A stretch of DNA of 64,000 nucleotides from a virus. The stretch spans positions 71,207 to 135,206 of the IMG/VR virus record IMGVR_UViG_3300046171_000182. One strand, 5' to 3'. Within the stretch, counting starts at the first letter, position 1, and every line of letters begins with the position of its first letter. The notes beneath the pieces are model-generated. The model did not search any database. It had not been told where the DNA came from and saw nothing but the letters and a program-made list of their open reading frames with translations. Below, piece by piece: positions 1 to 8,603 of this stretch. A program made the position numbers and the translations under genes.

Positions 1-3
1 CAG

Positions 4-384
4 ATGATTTTATTTAATTTTGTGTTTGATGGAGATAATCCTGTTTTAATGTCAGGATGCCAGAAGATTACAAAGGATGTCGTGAGAGTGTTTTCTCGAT
101 ACTATCATTTTAAAGATTATAGAACTGATGGTTCTAATATGTTTGAGAAGGTAGACGATTTTATGGAATTGCAATATAGTTTAGATTTTTTATCTGGCTA
201 TGCTGGCGTAATATGGACGAGAGATAAATCACCAGGATTTTTTAAAAAGTTAAAAAATGCAAGGGCAGATATATTTAATGATTGGAAAGTTTATCCAGAT
301 AAAGTAAAAATATTATATCCAGATAATTACCAATACGTATTTTATACTGGAGATATTTCTTCACTAACACATCCTACAATATGA
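4..384 (+). CDS. hypothetical protein (may be 5'-truncated by window edge)
   Basis: 126-aa ORF converging on the minus-strand cluster; no motif recognised. Confidence 0.5.
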   Translation: MILFNFVFDGDNPVLMSGCQKITKDVVRVFSRYYHFKDYRTDGSNMFEKVDDFMELQYSLDFLSGYAGVIWTRDKSPGFFKKLKNARADIFNDWKVYPDKVKILYPDNYQYVFYTGDISSLTHPTI

Positions 385-795
385 AGTCTGTCTTCAAATG
401 ATGCATTAACAAACGTGTGTATCTTTCGAGTATCAATTAAATAGTGATTGCCGTCCGCAGGAAGTCTAATCACTTCATCATCGACTACAAAGAAACAATT
501 CTCATTTGTAATAAGAGGAATATGCATTCTTGGCGTAGGATCTTTGTGATAGCTATAACAATACTTTGGTCGGCATATTCATCAACCTGCTTCTGTACAT
601 TTTTAAATCTGACAAAACAGAATTAGTGTACGGTAAATCATATGCAAAGACATTAAAGTCTTCTTCTTTATGATCCAGCTTTGCTAGTTGTCCTTCACCG
701 CTAGTACCTTGATCTGTTATTTGCAAAGACAACTGCTGATTATATTTTGGTAATGATTGTATCTCAAGTAAAATTCGATCTATATCTATATGCAT
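342..795 (-). CDS. Asp/Asn beta-hydroxylase-like 2OG-Fe(II) oxygenase (split by an indel near 570)
   Basis: Joining 553..795 and 342..527 gives R-L-M...Y-H-K-D...RMHIPLITN...HTFVNAS..DRLHIV; same motif set as 7978..8565. Confidence 0.7.
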
Positions 796-1211
796 GCCGT
801 TATCTCTTTTATTCTTAAAGGATTATTTACTATCCAATCAATAACATCTACAGCTTGATCTATAGACATTTTGTCAACATCAGTCCTGTGTGCAGATCTT
901 TCCGTATCTATGTAACCAAAATTTATACAGGTTACATTATAACCTTCAATATAAAGTTGATTGTTGGCTTCTCGCAGCGCTCGTTTCTCTACAGCATACT
1001 TATGCAGGTACGTAAAGTCACTTGCATGACTTCCAATACTTATTACTCTTTTTCCTAAAGACGTAGCTTTATATAGCATTTCAACTTGGTTAAATCCATC
1101 ATGTTTGCAATTTATGAGTATGTCACAATGATCTAGTGAGCCGATGTTGCCGTATTTCCAAGCAAGTACTTTACCCAGACCTCTCCTGGTTCCTGTTATA
1201 TAGTAACTCAT
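786..1211 (-). CDS. short-chain dehydrogenase/reductase-like protein
   Basis: N-terminal ITGTRRGLG Rossmann motif, YxxxK (YAVEK), GYIDT. Confidence 0.65.
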   Translation of the reverse strand: MSYYITGTRRGLGKVLAWKYGNIGSLDHCDILINCKHDGFNQVEMLYKATSLGKRVISIGSHASDFTYLHKYAVEKRALREANNQLYIEGYNVTCINFGYIDTERSAHRTDVDKMSIDQAVDVIDWIVNNPLRIKEITACI

Positions 1212-1773
1212 AAGCCCATTTCTTTTCCCTGCATTGCCAACATTTTCCGCACTCTTTCTCTATAGATGTAATACAACTCATTGTATCCGACAAATCTATT
1301 TTCTCTTGTCTAGCTAGATCAATTATATGATACTTATATAGATGTAGAAAAGGAAGTCTTAGTTTATATTTTTCGGGATCTATATACCATGGCCTTTTTG
1401 GTCTATCTGGTGTATCAAATTCAGGAAAGTATGTTAAAGGCGGAGTATGATTTGTTCCAGCATATATCTCGTCATATTCATATTCTTTAATTATTTGATA
1501 GATAGAGTGCTCTATTCTTGTAGTAGAATCTGTTGTCGGCTCATCGATTATATTTACTTTTTTACCGGTTAGTCGTTCTACTCTTTTATAATTATCAAAG
1601 CCATCCTGTCTGTTAACATTAAAAATATCTACATTAGATACTAAATTTAACAAATTAAACAGTACGAAGCTATCTATACCTCCACTCATAATAATAGCAC
1701 AACGACCTTTAGGATTTATTTCTACAACCCTTTGATCCCATTTTGGGCCGCATATATAATTCATTGTTTTCAT
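1171..1773 (-). CDS. queC: QueC-like PP-loop ATPase (7-cyano-7-deazaguanine synthase family)
   Basis: SGGIDS PP-loop and C-terminal SC..CGKCWQC zinc motif. Confidence 0.6.
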   Translation of the reverse strand: MKTMNYICGPKWDQRVVEINPKGRCAIIMSGGIDSFVLFNLLNLVSNVDIFNVNRQDGFDNYKRVERLTGKKVNIIDEPTTDSTTRIEHSIYQIIKEYEYDEIYAGTNHTPPLTYFPEFDTPDRPKRPWYIDPEKYKLRLPFLHLYKYHIIDLARQEKIDLSDTMSCITSIEKECGKCWQCREKKWAYELLYNRNQERSG

Positions 1774-1836
1774 TGTAAACTATTTTTTAAAAAACCGCAT
1801 TTTTTTATGTACATTACCTTTTAGATAGTGTATAGT
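1757..1836 (+). promoter_or_regulatory. early promoter cassette (IHF-like site + TGTACA-N17-TATAGT)
   Basis: TGTACA 1808-1813, 17-nt spacer, TATAGT 1831-1836; TAATTCATTGTTT at 1757. Confidence 0.7.
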
Positions 1837-1861
1837 GTATATATCAAATGAGGAGATAACC

Positions 1862-2077
1862 ATGTTATTATCAAACGGCGCAATGATCAAGAATGACGTA
1901 ATCGAAGCTTTTAACAAAGCCACTACGAATCCTGAGAATATTAATTCGTCAGGTGGTATTAATTGGAACTTTGTTGACGCTGACCTAAACTTAGAACTTT
2001 CGACGTGGTACACTTCAGAATATCTGTATGAGTGCTTTGAAGTTCTAGTCGATAACTTTTTTGGAGAAACAGTGTAA
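1862..2077 (+). CDS. small early hypothetical protein
   Basis: GAGGAG RBS before ATG 1862, downstream of promoter. Confidence 0.7.
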   Translation: MLLSNGAMIKNDVIEAFNKATTNPENINSSGGINWNFVDADLNLELSTWYTSEYLYECFEVLVDNFFGETV

Positions 2078-2337
2078 TGGAATCATACATTCAAGAAACG
2101 CGTAATGGATTTGAAATGGCTGTAGATGAAGTAGAACGCCTCTATTCCGAGAATGTTAAAGGCGTACAGGAAGAGACTGTGCGGAAAGAGATGAAAGCTT
2201 GGGCTACATCAAGTGGGATGATAACTGCTGAGTATAAAGATATCGTTAGCGCCCATGCTAAGGCTCGCGGTTGGACTCAAGAAGGTTTTACAGGAATGGA
2301 AGTTTGTGATCCCTTTTGGGATTGGCAAGAAGATTAA
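2077..2337 (+). CDS. hypothetical protein
   Basis: TAATG-coupled to upstream ORF. Confidence 0.65.
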   Translation: MESYIQETRNGFEMAVDEVERLYSENVKGVQEETVRKEMKAWATSSGMITAEYKDIVSAHAKARGWTQEGFTGMEVCDPFWDWQED

Positions 2338-2343
2338 TAGTTT

Positions 2344-2420
2344 GGTTCCTTAGCTCAGCTGGATAGAGCAACTGCCTTCTAAGCAGTAGGCCATAGGTTC
2401 GAATCCTATAGGGACCGCCA
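2344..2420 (+). tRNA. tRNA-Arg(TCT)
   Basis: cloverleaf: TAGCTCAGCTGGATAGAGCA D-arm, ACTGC-CTTCTAA-GCAGT anticodon arm, GGTTCGAATCC T-arm, encoded CCA. Confidence 0.95.
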
Positions 2421-2424
2421 ATAC

Positions 2425-2501
2425 ACTCCTCTAGCTCAATTGGTTAGAGCAGAGCGCTCATAACGCTTTGGTTACAGGTTCGAGTCCTGTGGGGAGTACC
2501 A
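2425..2501 (+). tRNA. tRNA with CAT anticodon, probably tRNA-Ile2 (lysidine type) rather than Met
   Basis: GAGCG-CTCATAA-CGCTT anticodon arm, GGTTCGAGTCC, encoded CCA; lacks the initiator GGG/CCC anticodon stem. Confidence 0.85.
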
Positions 2502-2653
2502 GAAAACGCTAGTCGTGAAGAGAAAAGTCTATGATAAGCAAAGATGATATAGAAGCTATGGCCGAAACTAAAGAACAGAAAAAGTTTTGGGATATAGATA
2601 GTGATGGCGAGGACGGCCAGCCTAGCAATTTCGCTAAAGAGCCGTCGAAAAAG

Positions 2654-2873
2654 CCTGACCGCGGTAATCCTACGTAGGGCGGTTTAGGTCGGTATAAGCA
2701 CTGGTACCGTAAACCCAGTCGGTTGTTGCATACGTGAAATGCAAATAAGGGGAGGGGCACTGCAGAAAGCCCCTCCTTCGAAAACTATTTTGATCAGCGT
2801 CCATGTAGAGGGGACCGGGCCTGAAAGCATTTTACTAGTTTTAATAACTAGGGGCGCTGATCAAAATAGTTTT
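2654..2873 (+). ncRNA. candidate structured non-coding RNA(s) downstream of tRNAs
   Basis: GC-rich run of five stem-loops including a 22-bp inverted repeat 2781-2802/2852-2873. Confidence 0.45.
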
Positions 2874-2879
2874 GAGGTT

Positions 2880-3167
2880 ATGATGGTTAATGAAGAAATA
2901 AAAAATAGGATTCGCTTGTCAGTCGCAGCTTACGCTTACGAGTACAAAGACGATCCTGTAATGTCCGATGCTGAGTTTGATGAGTTATCTCAAAAGATTA
3001 ATCCGACTGAGAAGACCGGCAATCGTAAGTTAGACAACTTCTTTAAAAAACATTTCCAACCTGATACTGGCATGTGGGTACGACGTCATCCAGAAAAAAA
3101 CAAGTTGGATTACATCTATAGGAATTATTATGACACGAACAGTACACTATGTGGGGTTCAGGGGTGA
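2880..3167 (+). CDS. stand-alone NAD+-dependent DNA ligase domain Ia-like protein
   Basis: AAYAYEY..DPVMSDAEFDEL resembles LigA Ia motif (YY..D.P..SD.EYD.L); GAGG RBS before ATG 2880. Confidence 0.7.
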   Translation: MMVNEEIKNRIRLSVAAYAYEYKDDPVMSDAEFDELSQKINPTEKTGNRKLDNFFKKHFQPDTGMWVRRHPEKNKLDYIYRNYYDTNSTLCGVQG

Positions 3168-3327
3168 CGAATATGTAAGAGCTCGTAGGATCTTCGGTGG
3201 ACCTATCTACATCCACCTTCATTACGATGAGCGAGTATTCACTGAAGTTGGTGATGATGACGTCGTCATCTTTGGTCCTAAATACCATTTCGTTGATTAT
3301 GTCGACGACGTTTCTAGGCGGGTTTAA
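3130..3327 (+). CDS. hypothetical protein
   Basis: 65-aa ORF. Confidence 0.55.
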   Translation: MTRTVHYVGFRGDEYVRARRIFGGPIYIHLHYDERVFTEVGDDDVVIFGPKYHFVDYVDDVSRRV

Positions 3328-3578
3328 TCGTAGTGCCCGCCTAGCACTGCTACAGTAGAGACTTCTTCATTAAGAATTTCTGCCTCTCTTGCTTTATAAG
3401 CTTGTTCAAATCCGTCTTCGTATTCGGTTAAACACTGCGATTCATTGTTCCATAATCTTTTAAAATAGCTTTCATAGTAACCTTCAACAATGTCGTCCGG
3501 TTCTGTTTTAGGAATAAGATGGCCTTTAACCATCCAAAATAAACGATTGGCTTCTTTGCGTTTCCATGGGCTGCACAT
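3324..3578 (-). CDS. hypothetical protein
   Basis: 84-aa ORF filling the gap, opposite strand. Confidence 0.6.
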   Translation of the reverse strand: MCSPWKRKEANRLFWMVKGHLIPKTEPDDIVEGYYESYFKRLWNNESQCLTEYEDGFEQAYKAREAEILNEEVSTVAVLGGHYD

Positions 3579-3668
3579 ATTGTCACACCTTTTGTTTAAG
3601 ATGTAGATATCTATAAAATGTTAGTGCTAACAAAATGAAAAAAAGTTTAAAAAAACGCAAATTAACTG

Positions 3669-3697
3669 TGTACATATGATAAGTACTGTGCTATAAT
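3669..3697 (+). promoter_or_regulatory. early promoter
   Basis: TTAACTG-TGTACA-N17-TATAAT. Confidence 0.8.
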
Positions 3698-3728
3698 GGT
3701 CTTATCAAATGAATGAGAGGAATCGTTA

Positions 3729-3890
3729 ATGTTATATCTAAAAGACATCATGAAGCTGTTAAACTGCGATATGGAAAAAGCGGAAAAAGTATTTGATAAT
3801 ATGGTGCTTGACTTTTCGCAGTCTACTACAAGACAGTTTAATGCTGAAGTAAAGATGGTTAACGAATTAATGGAACAAGGAGTTATATAA
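3729..3890 (+). CDS. small hypothetical protein (53 aa, below ORF-track cutoff)
   Basis: GAGAGG RBS, MLYLKDIMKLLNCD..., TAATG overlap with next gene. Confidence 0.6.
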   Translation: MLYLKDIMKLLNCDMEKAEKVFDNMVLDFSQSTTRQFNAEVKMVNELMEQGVI

Positions 3891-4840
3891 TGTCACATGA
3901 AGTAGAAACAATGGCTTACGCAGGTGAGCTTCCATGGCACGGTCTTGGAACAGAAGTTAGCAATGAATTAACACCATTGCAAATGATGCAAAAAGCTGGA
4001 GTCGACTGGGAAGTCGAACAGCAAAAAATCGTTACCGAATCTGGTCTCGAAATCAATGACAAGGTTGCTCTTGTCAGAACCTCAGACAATACTTTGCTTG
4101 ACGTGACTGGCAAAGATTGGAAGCCAGTACAAAACCAAGAAGCATTTACTTTCTTCTCAGAGTTTGTTGCTGCTGGTGATATGGAAATGCATACAGCAGG
4201 ATCTTTGAAAGAAGGTCGTAATGTGTGGGCTTTGGCAAAAGTCAAAGAGTCTTTTGATGTGTTCGGTGAAGATCGTGTTGACTCATATCTTCTCTTCTCA
4301 AATCCACATCAGTATGGAAAAGCAGTAGACGTACGGTTTACTCCAATTCGTGTTGTATGTAATAACACATTGACTTTCTCTTTACAGTCTGCTTCTAAAA
4401 ATTCTGTCAAAGTTGGTCACCGTACAGCATTCGATGCTGATACTGTAAAAGAAACTCTTGGTCTTGCATCTGAAAAGTTTGCTAAGTACAAAGAGATGGC
4501 TCAGTTCTTAGGCTCTCGTAAAGTTACCGCAGAGGCTCTTATCCAATATTACAACGATGTGTTTCCAACTACATCTCGTAAAGAAGAGAAAACTCCGGTT
4601 GTAAGCTATGACGACATGTCAAAGGCTGCGAAGATGTGTTACGACGCTCTTGAGGTTCAGCCAGGTGCTCAGTTCGCTGCTGGTACATGGTGGCAGGCAT
4701 TCAACAGTGTGACTTACTACACTGATCACCTACAAGGACGGAACTCAGAGAATCGTCTTCACAATCAGTGGTTTGGTTACAATCAAGCCAAAAAAGTAAC
4801 TGCGGCAGAAAAAGCAGTGGCATACGCCACTGCTGCCTAA
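3890..4840 (+). CDS. DUF932-family phage/plasmid protein
   Basis: M.HEVETMAY....PWHGLG, TAGSLK.GR.VW.LA, FTPIRVVCNNTL, GTWWQAFN.VT. Confidence 0.85.
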   Translation: MSHEVETMAYAGELPWHGLGTEVSNELTPLQMMQKAGVDWEVEQQKIVTESGLEINDKVALVRTSDNTLLDVTGKDWKPVQNQEAFTFFSEFVAAGDMEMHTAGSLKEGRNVWALAKVKESFDVFGEDRVDSYLLFSNPHQYGKAVDVRFTPIRVVCNNTLTFSLQSASKNSVKVGHRTAFDADTVKETLGLASEKFAKYKEMAQFLGSRKVTAEALIQYYNDVFPTTSRKEEKTPVVSYDDMSKAAKMCYDALEVQPGAQFAAGTWWQAFNSVTYYTDHLQGRNSENRLHNQWFGYNQAKKVTAAEKAVAYATAA

Positions 4841-4864
4841 AATTGATAGAAGGAAAAATATATT

Positions 4865-5356
4865 ATGAATACCGTCGAGAAAGATGACGAACAGCCCAAA
4901 AGGCCATGGAAAGAACGAAGAGAAGAAGCAATACAAAAAATTCGTAATTTTGCCAAAGGTTGGGATAGTAAAAATCATTTCTATGCTTATAATTTAACGC
5001 ACGATTTAAAAATGCATAGCTTTATGCAAGAGCAAAAAGACATAAGAAAAGCTCTTGAATATCTAGCAGATAAGCCCGATTATATATTTGAAGATGAAAG
5101 CAAATACCAAATCGTTAAACCGAATAAGCCCGATTATGTATTTGAAGATATATGGGGTCAAAAATGTAGGATTATAATTACAGGAAAAGACTTCAGTTAC
5201 AATAGGGTTGAAGCAGTTGGAAAATCAATGTGGTCAAAAAATGAATCATTTCAATTTCTTTTTGAGCATGTTGATAAAACATATAGGCCACCTCGTGAAA
5301 AGATGCCGGCAAAAATAATTATAATAGATGGGACAACATACAAGATAGCTGCCTAA
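4865..5356 (+). CDS. hypothetical protein with internal KPDY(I/V)FED duplication
   Basis: 163-aa ORF; 26-nt direct repeat at 5070 and 5124. Confidence 0.55.
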   Translation: MNTVEKDDEQPKRPWKERREEAIQKIRNFAKGWDSKNHFYAYNLTHDLKMHSFMQEQKDIRKALEYLADKPDYIFEDESKYQIVKPNKPDYVFEDIWGQKCRIIITGKDFSYNRVEAVGKSMWSKNESFQFLFEHVDKTYRPPREKMPAKIIIIDGTTYKIAA

Positions 5357-5432
5357 AACTTAATATAATCGTTACACAAAAAATAAAAGAAAAGGGTATA
5401 TAGTACATGCCCTTTTTATTTAAGGAAACGCT

Positions 5433-5913
5433 ATGTCAAAATCTAAACTTTGGAAGAAGGTAAAGAAAATGGATCTAGGAAATCCCGTAATTACCGCTCT
5501 CGTTGGACTGGTAATTTTTTACATCGGACTTAAAACTTTCTCAGGAGGTATGAAGTCGATGGGTAACATGGATCATCTGCAATTCTTTTTAGGTAATCCT
5601 ATATACATGTTTATTGGCGGAATAGTCATGACTCTCTTATGGCAATCGTCATCACTATCAACCACTGCGATCATTGCATTAGTTGCTTCACAGGAGCGTT
5701 AACCGCTGCCAGCTGCTATTAGCGTGTACGTGCTCGGAGCAAACATCGGAACAACCGGCACGATCTGGCTAGCTGGACTTCTTTGTATCTGATGGAATGC
5801 CAAAAGGCGATACGCTACGAATTGCAATGGCGCATACAGGAATGAATCTGATGATGGCAGTTATGTTACTACCGTTTGTTAGTCACATAGGAAAGTTTCT
5901 CGGTAAGTTCTAG
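5433..5913 (+). CDS. Na+/phosphate cotransporter family protein (several indels at 5690-5790)
   Basis: GLKTFSGGM..., QSSSLSTT, and in shifted frames VLGANIGTT; hydrophobic helices. Confidence 0.75.
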
Positions 5914-5964
5914 TGATATAAATGATACACTCTAAATTAATGCGGTTAACGCCGCATTTTTTTA

Positions 5965-5993
5965 TGTACATTACCTTTCAACTGTGGTAGTAT
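5965..5993 (+). promoter_or_regulatory. early promoter
   Basis: TGTACA-N17-TAGTAT, preceded by TGCGG/CCGCA hairpin + T-run. Confidence 0.75.
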
Positions 5994-6017
5994 GGTTACA
6001 TGATAAGGAGATCAAAA

Positions 6018-6218
6018 ATGCTTATAGTAAATGACATTCAAGATACAATCACAATGAAGAACAAACTATCTAGTTTGCTTCGTCGCTCAAACACATTTGG
6101 TATGTCGCGACATGACATTCAAATTGAGTTAGATATGATTATCACAGACCTTATGATAAACGAAGCTCGCATTGAGCAAGAGATGCAGGCCGAATGCAAT
6201 TTGCAGGAGGCCGCGTAA
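6018..6218 (+). CDS. small early hypothetical protein
   Basis: AAGGAG RBS before ATG 6018. Confidence 0.65.
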   Translation: MLIVNDIQDTITMKNKLSSLLRRSNTFGMSRHDIQIELDMIITDLMINEARIEQEMQAECNLQEAA

Positions 6219-6466
6219 TGTACACGACCCGGACATCAGATGCTTACATTGCAACTTTTATGGATCGTCAAGATCCACAAATTGCAGACCTTAGATCTTT
6301 TGTATCTAAATGTAACCGAATGTTGAAAGAGGATGGTAAGTACCAGCGGTACTATATCAAACTTCAAGCACGTGGTCATCGGCGAGGCGTTCGCCGGTAC
6401 AACCAGTCACTACCTCTTAAGTATGCTGACAGAGTCGATGCATACATTTATGAGAGACGTGACTAA
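6218..6466 (+). CDS. hypothetical protein
   Basis: GGAGG RBS, TAATG coupling. Confidence 0.65.
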   Translation: MYTTRTSDAYIATFMDRQDPQIADLRSFVSKCNRMLKEDGKYQRYYIKLQARGHRRGVRRYNQSLPLKYADRVDAYIYERRD

Positions 6467-6533
6467 ACGCCAGCTAGTGAGTGGACTCATGGTTAGTCAT
6501 GGCATCTCACTGGCACTTTTTTCTCCCCAACTT

Positions 6534-6560
6534 AAGCAGCTTCGGCTGCTTTCTTTTTTT
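6534..6560 (+). terminator. Rho-independent terminator with cUUCGg loop
   Basis: AAGCAGC-TTCG-GCTGCTT followed by T-tract. Confidence 0.85.
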
Positions 6561-6561
6561 A

Positions 6562-6569
6562 TATAAATA
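6562..6569 (+). promoter_or_regulatory. T4-type late promoter
   Basis: TATAAATA shortly before ATG 6593. Confidence 0.8.
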
Positions 6570-6592
6570 GAGATAAGTTTCTTGGAGTAAAT

Positions 6593-7966
6593 ATGGCTAC
6601 GTTTGCAAAAATGTCTAGGGCGGAATGGGGTAAACCTGTTAGCGGATCAAGAGAAAGCAGAGTCGACGTCTTTATTGATGCAATAAAGGCTGGAGATCCC
6701 GTAAGCGATATTGAAGGAAAAGACGTTCATATTGCTAATACACAAAAAAATATAGATGCAATAAAAAAATACGTATCTGATTCTACATCAGGTTCAACTA
6801 CAACCTTTGATTTAAAATCTGGAGGTACAATAGTTTCGAATCAGATTGGTAAATCTCCATTGTTTGGAGGTCAAGGCGCAGGAGCAGGAGCAACTGGAGA
6901 GACTGCAAAGTTTGAATCATTACAATGTTTGTATATTGCTGCAGTGCTAGGCGAAGGCTCGACACACGAATTTTCACACTATACGATAGAAACTTTAAAA
7001 AAATATAAAGATAAAGTATTTGTAAGTGAACCTTTTGATACGTATGTAGCTATTGATGGATCATGGCATATATCTGGATTTAAAATAGCCAAGAAATTAA
7101 TTAAAGCAGGATACGTAACTACAAGACATACATTGCACCGTGGCGATAAAAAAATGGATTCGTTGTATGCATTAAAAAATAAATTACGTAAAGCTGAAGG
7201 TTTGCCTGCTATTAATCATGATAAATGGAATCCAGGTGATATATGGGCCATGAAAGATCAAGCAACACTATCTGTTAAATTAAATAAGATAAAAACATTT
7301 GGAGAACTAAACGAATTCATTGTTAATAATTTTATGAGTAGAAACGTGATCGGAATCTCTCTTAAAAAAGTAAAAGACAGAGAAACCGTTAAGCTCACTG
7401 ATTACAACGTAGAACAAAAAGCTTTGGATAAACACAAGTTTACAAAAGTTACATTAGAAACTGCTGCGGGTAAAGGCGTATTCTCATCTAAAAATGGAAT
7501 GTTTTTCTTTGATACAATAAGTAAAGCAGATATACGTGCACCAAACTCTTTTGGTGCTTTAAATATGGAACTACAAGGTAAGGGAGCTCGAGGTGGTAGA
7601 ACTGGATATGCACAAATAGTATATTCGGCTGCGGCACATTTAAACAAGACAATGCCTACAAATAAACAACTTGTAAGTCAGGCAAGAATATTAGCAGCTC
7701 CAAATCCTTCAAAAAGTAATAAAGATAGTTTTTATAACCTAGTAAAAGAAGTAAACCCTGAAATTGATAGAGCAACATTTGAGGATGGGCTATCATCTAA
7801 GAAAGGTCAAGCGCATTTTATACACCCATTATTGGGAGCTGCACATCTTGGTGCAGCACTTATGAAAGCAAACACAAGCCAGCGGAATAGCTTTACATCC
7901 GAAATAGTAAATGTTATGGGAGCCAAAACAAACGATTCGTCGGCCTATACAAAGGCATCAGCATAG
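6593..7966 (+). CDS. late-expressed PD-(D/E)XK-fold nuclease-like protein
   Basis: E-helix (KFES), KWNPGDIW and IGISLKK motifs. Confidence 0.55.
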   Translation: MATFAKMSRAEWGKPVSGSRESRVDVFIDAIKAGDPVSDIEGKDVHIANTQKNIDAIKKYVSDSTSGSTTTFDLKSGGTIVSNQIGKSPLFGGQGAGAGATGETAKFESLQCLYIAAVLGEGSTHEFSHYTIETLKKYKDKVFVSEPFDTYVAIDGSWHISGFKIAKKLIKAGYVTTRHTLHRGDKKMDSLYALKNKLRKAEGLPAINHDKWNPGDIWAMKDQATLSVKLNKIKTFGELNEFIVNNFMSRNVIGISLKKVKDRETVKLTDYNVEQKALDKHKFTKVTLETAAGKGVFSSKNGMFFFDTISKADIRAPNSFGALNMELQGKGARGGRTGYAQIVYSAAAHLNKTMPTNKQLVSQARILAAPNPSKSNKDSFYNLVKEVNPEIDRATFEDGLSSKKGQAHFIHPLLGAAHLGAALMKANTSQRNSFTSEIVNVMGAKTNDSSAYTKASA

Positions 7967-7977
7967 AGGATAATAAT

Positions 7978-8565
7978 ATGATATGGATAAGTGAATATGA
8001 ACATATAGAAGAACATGATTTAAATATTGATGTTGATCGCCTATATATGGATTATATTAGATTTACAAAAGAACATGAACATGTAACAGATGATGCACGC
8101 AATATTGATTTTAATGCAGTATGCGTCAATAGAATACCTGGTGATCCTAACTCGGTCACTGGTGGAAATGTCAGAGGTAAGTACTGGACTTATCCAACTG
8201 ACGAAGATAAAGAAGAAGAACGTCTGCCATACGTAGATGAAGCTGCATACACTGAAATTTGTCCGGAATTTGAGGACACATATACTGAAGAAGTATTTAG
8301 TTTATTAAGTTTAAAGTGGAATATTGGTAGACTCAGGTTCTTGATGAAACCCCCCAGATCGTGCCTGTCTTGGCATAGAGATCCAGAGCGGAGAATCCAT
8401 ATTCCACTTTACACCAATAAAGGTTGTAGAATGATTATTGAAGATCGTGCGTATTATATGCGTGCAGATGGTACAGTTTACATTACAGATAATACTGTAT
8501 ATCATAACTTCTTTAATGGCGGTGAGGAAAATAGAGTACATTTAGTCGCAACAAAATTAGAATAA
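7978..8565 (+). CDS. Asp/Asn beta-hydroxylase-like 2OG-Fe(II) oxygenase
   Basis: WHRD (HxD), RIHIPLYTN, HNFFNGG..NRVHLV. Confidence 0.75.
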   Translation: MIWISEYEHIEEHDLNIDVDRLYMDYIRFTKEHEHVTDDARNIDFNAVCVNRIPGDPNSVTGGNVRGKYWTYPTDEDKEEERLPYVDEAAYTEICPEFEDTYTEEVFSLLSLKWNIGRLRFLMKPPRSCLSWHRDPERRIHIPLYTNKGCRMIIEDRAYYMRADGTVYITDNTVYHNFFNGGEENRVHLVATKLE

Positions 8566-8568
8566 CTG

Positions 8569-8597
8569 TGTACATTTAAAAAGAATCGTGGTATAAT
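8569..8597 (+). promoter_or_regulatory. early promoter
   Basis: TAACTG-TGTACA-N17-TATAAT. Confidence 0.8.
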
Positions 8598-8603
8598 AAG
8601 CAT

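Noticed and set aside
2509-2880. ORFs 2509..2760(-) and the N-terminal extension of 2739..3167 as real proteins
   Set aside because: No RBS or recognisable motif; the region is better explained by RNA stems, and the real start is likely ATG 2880.
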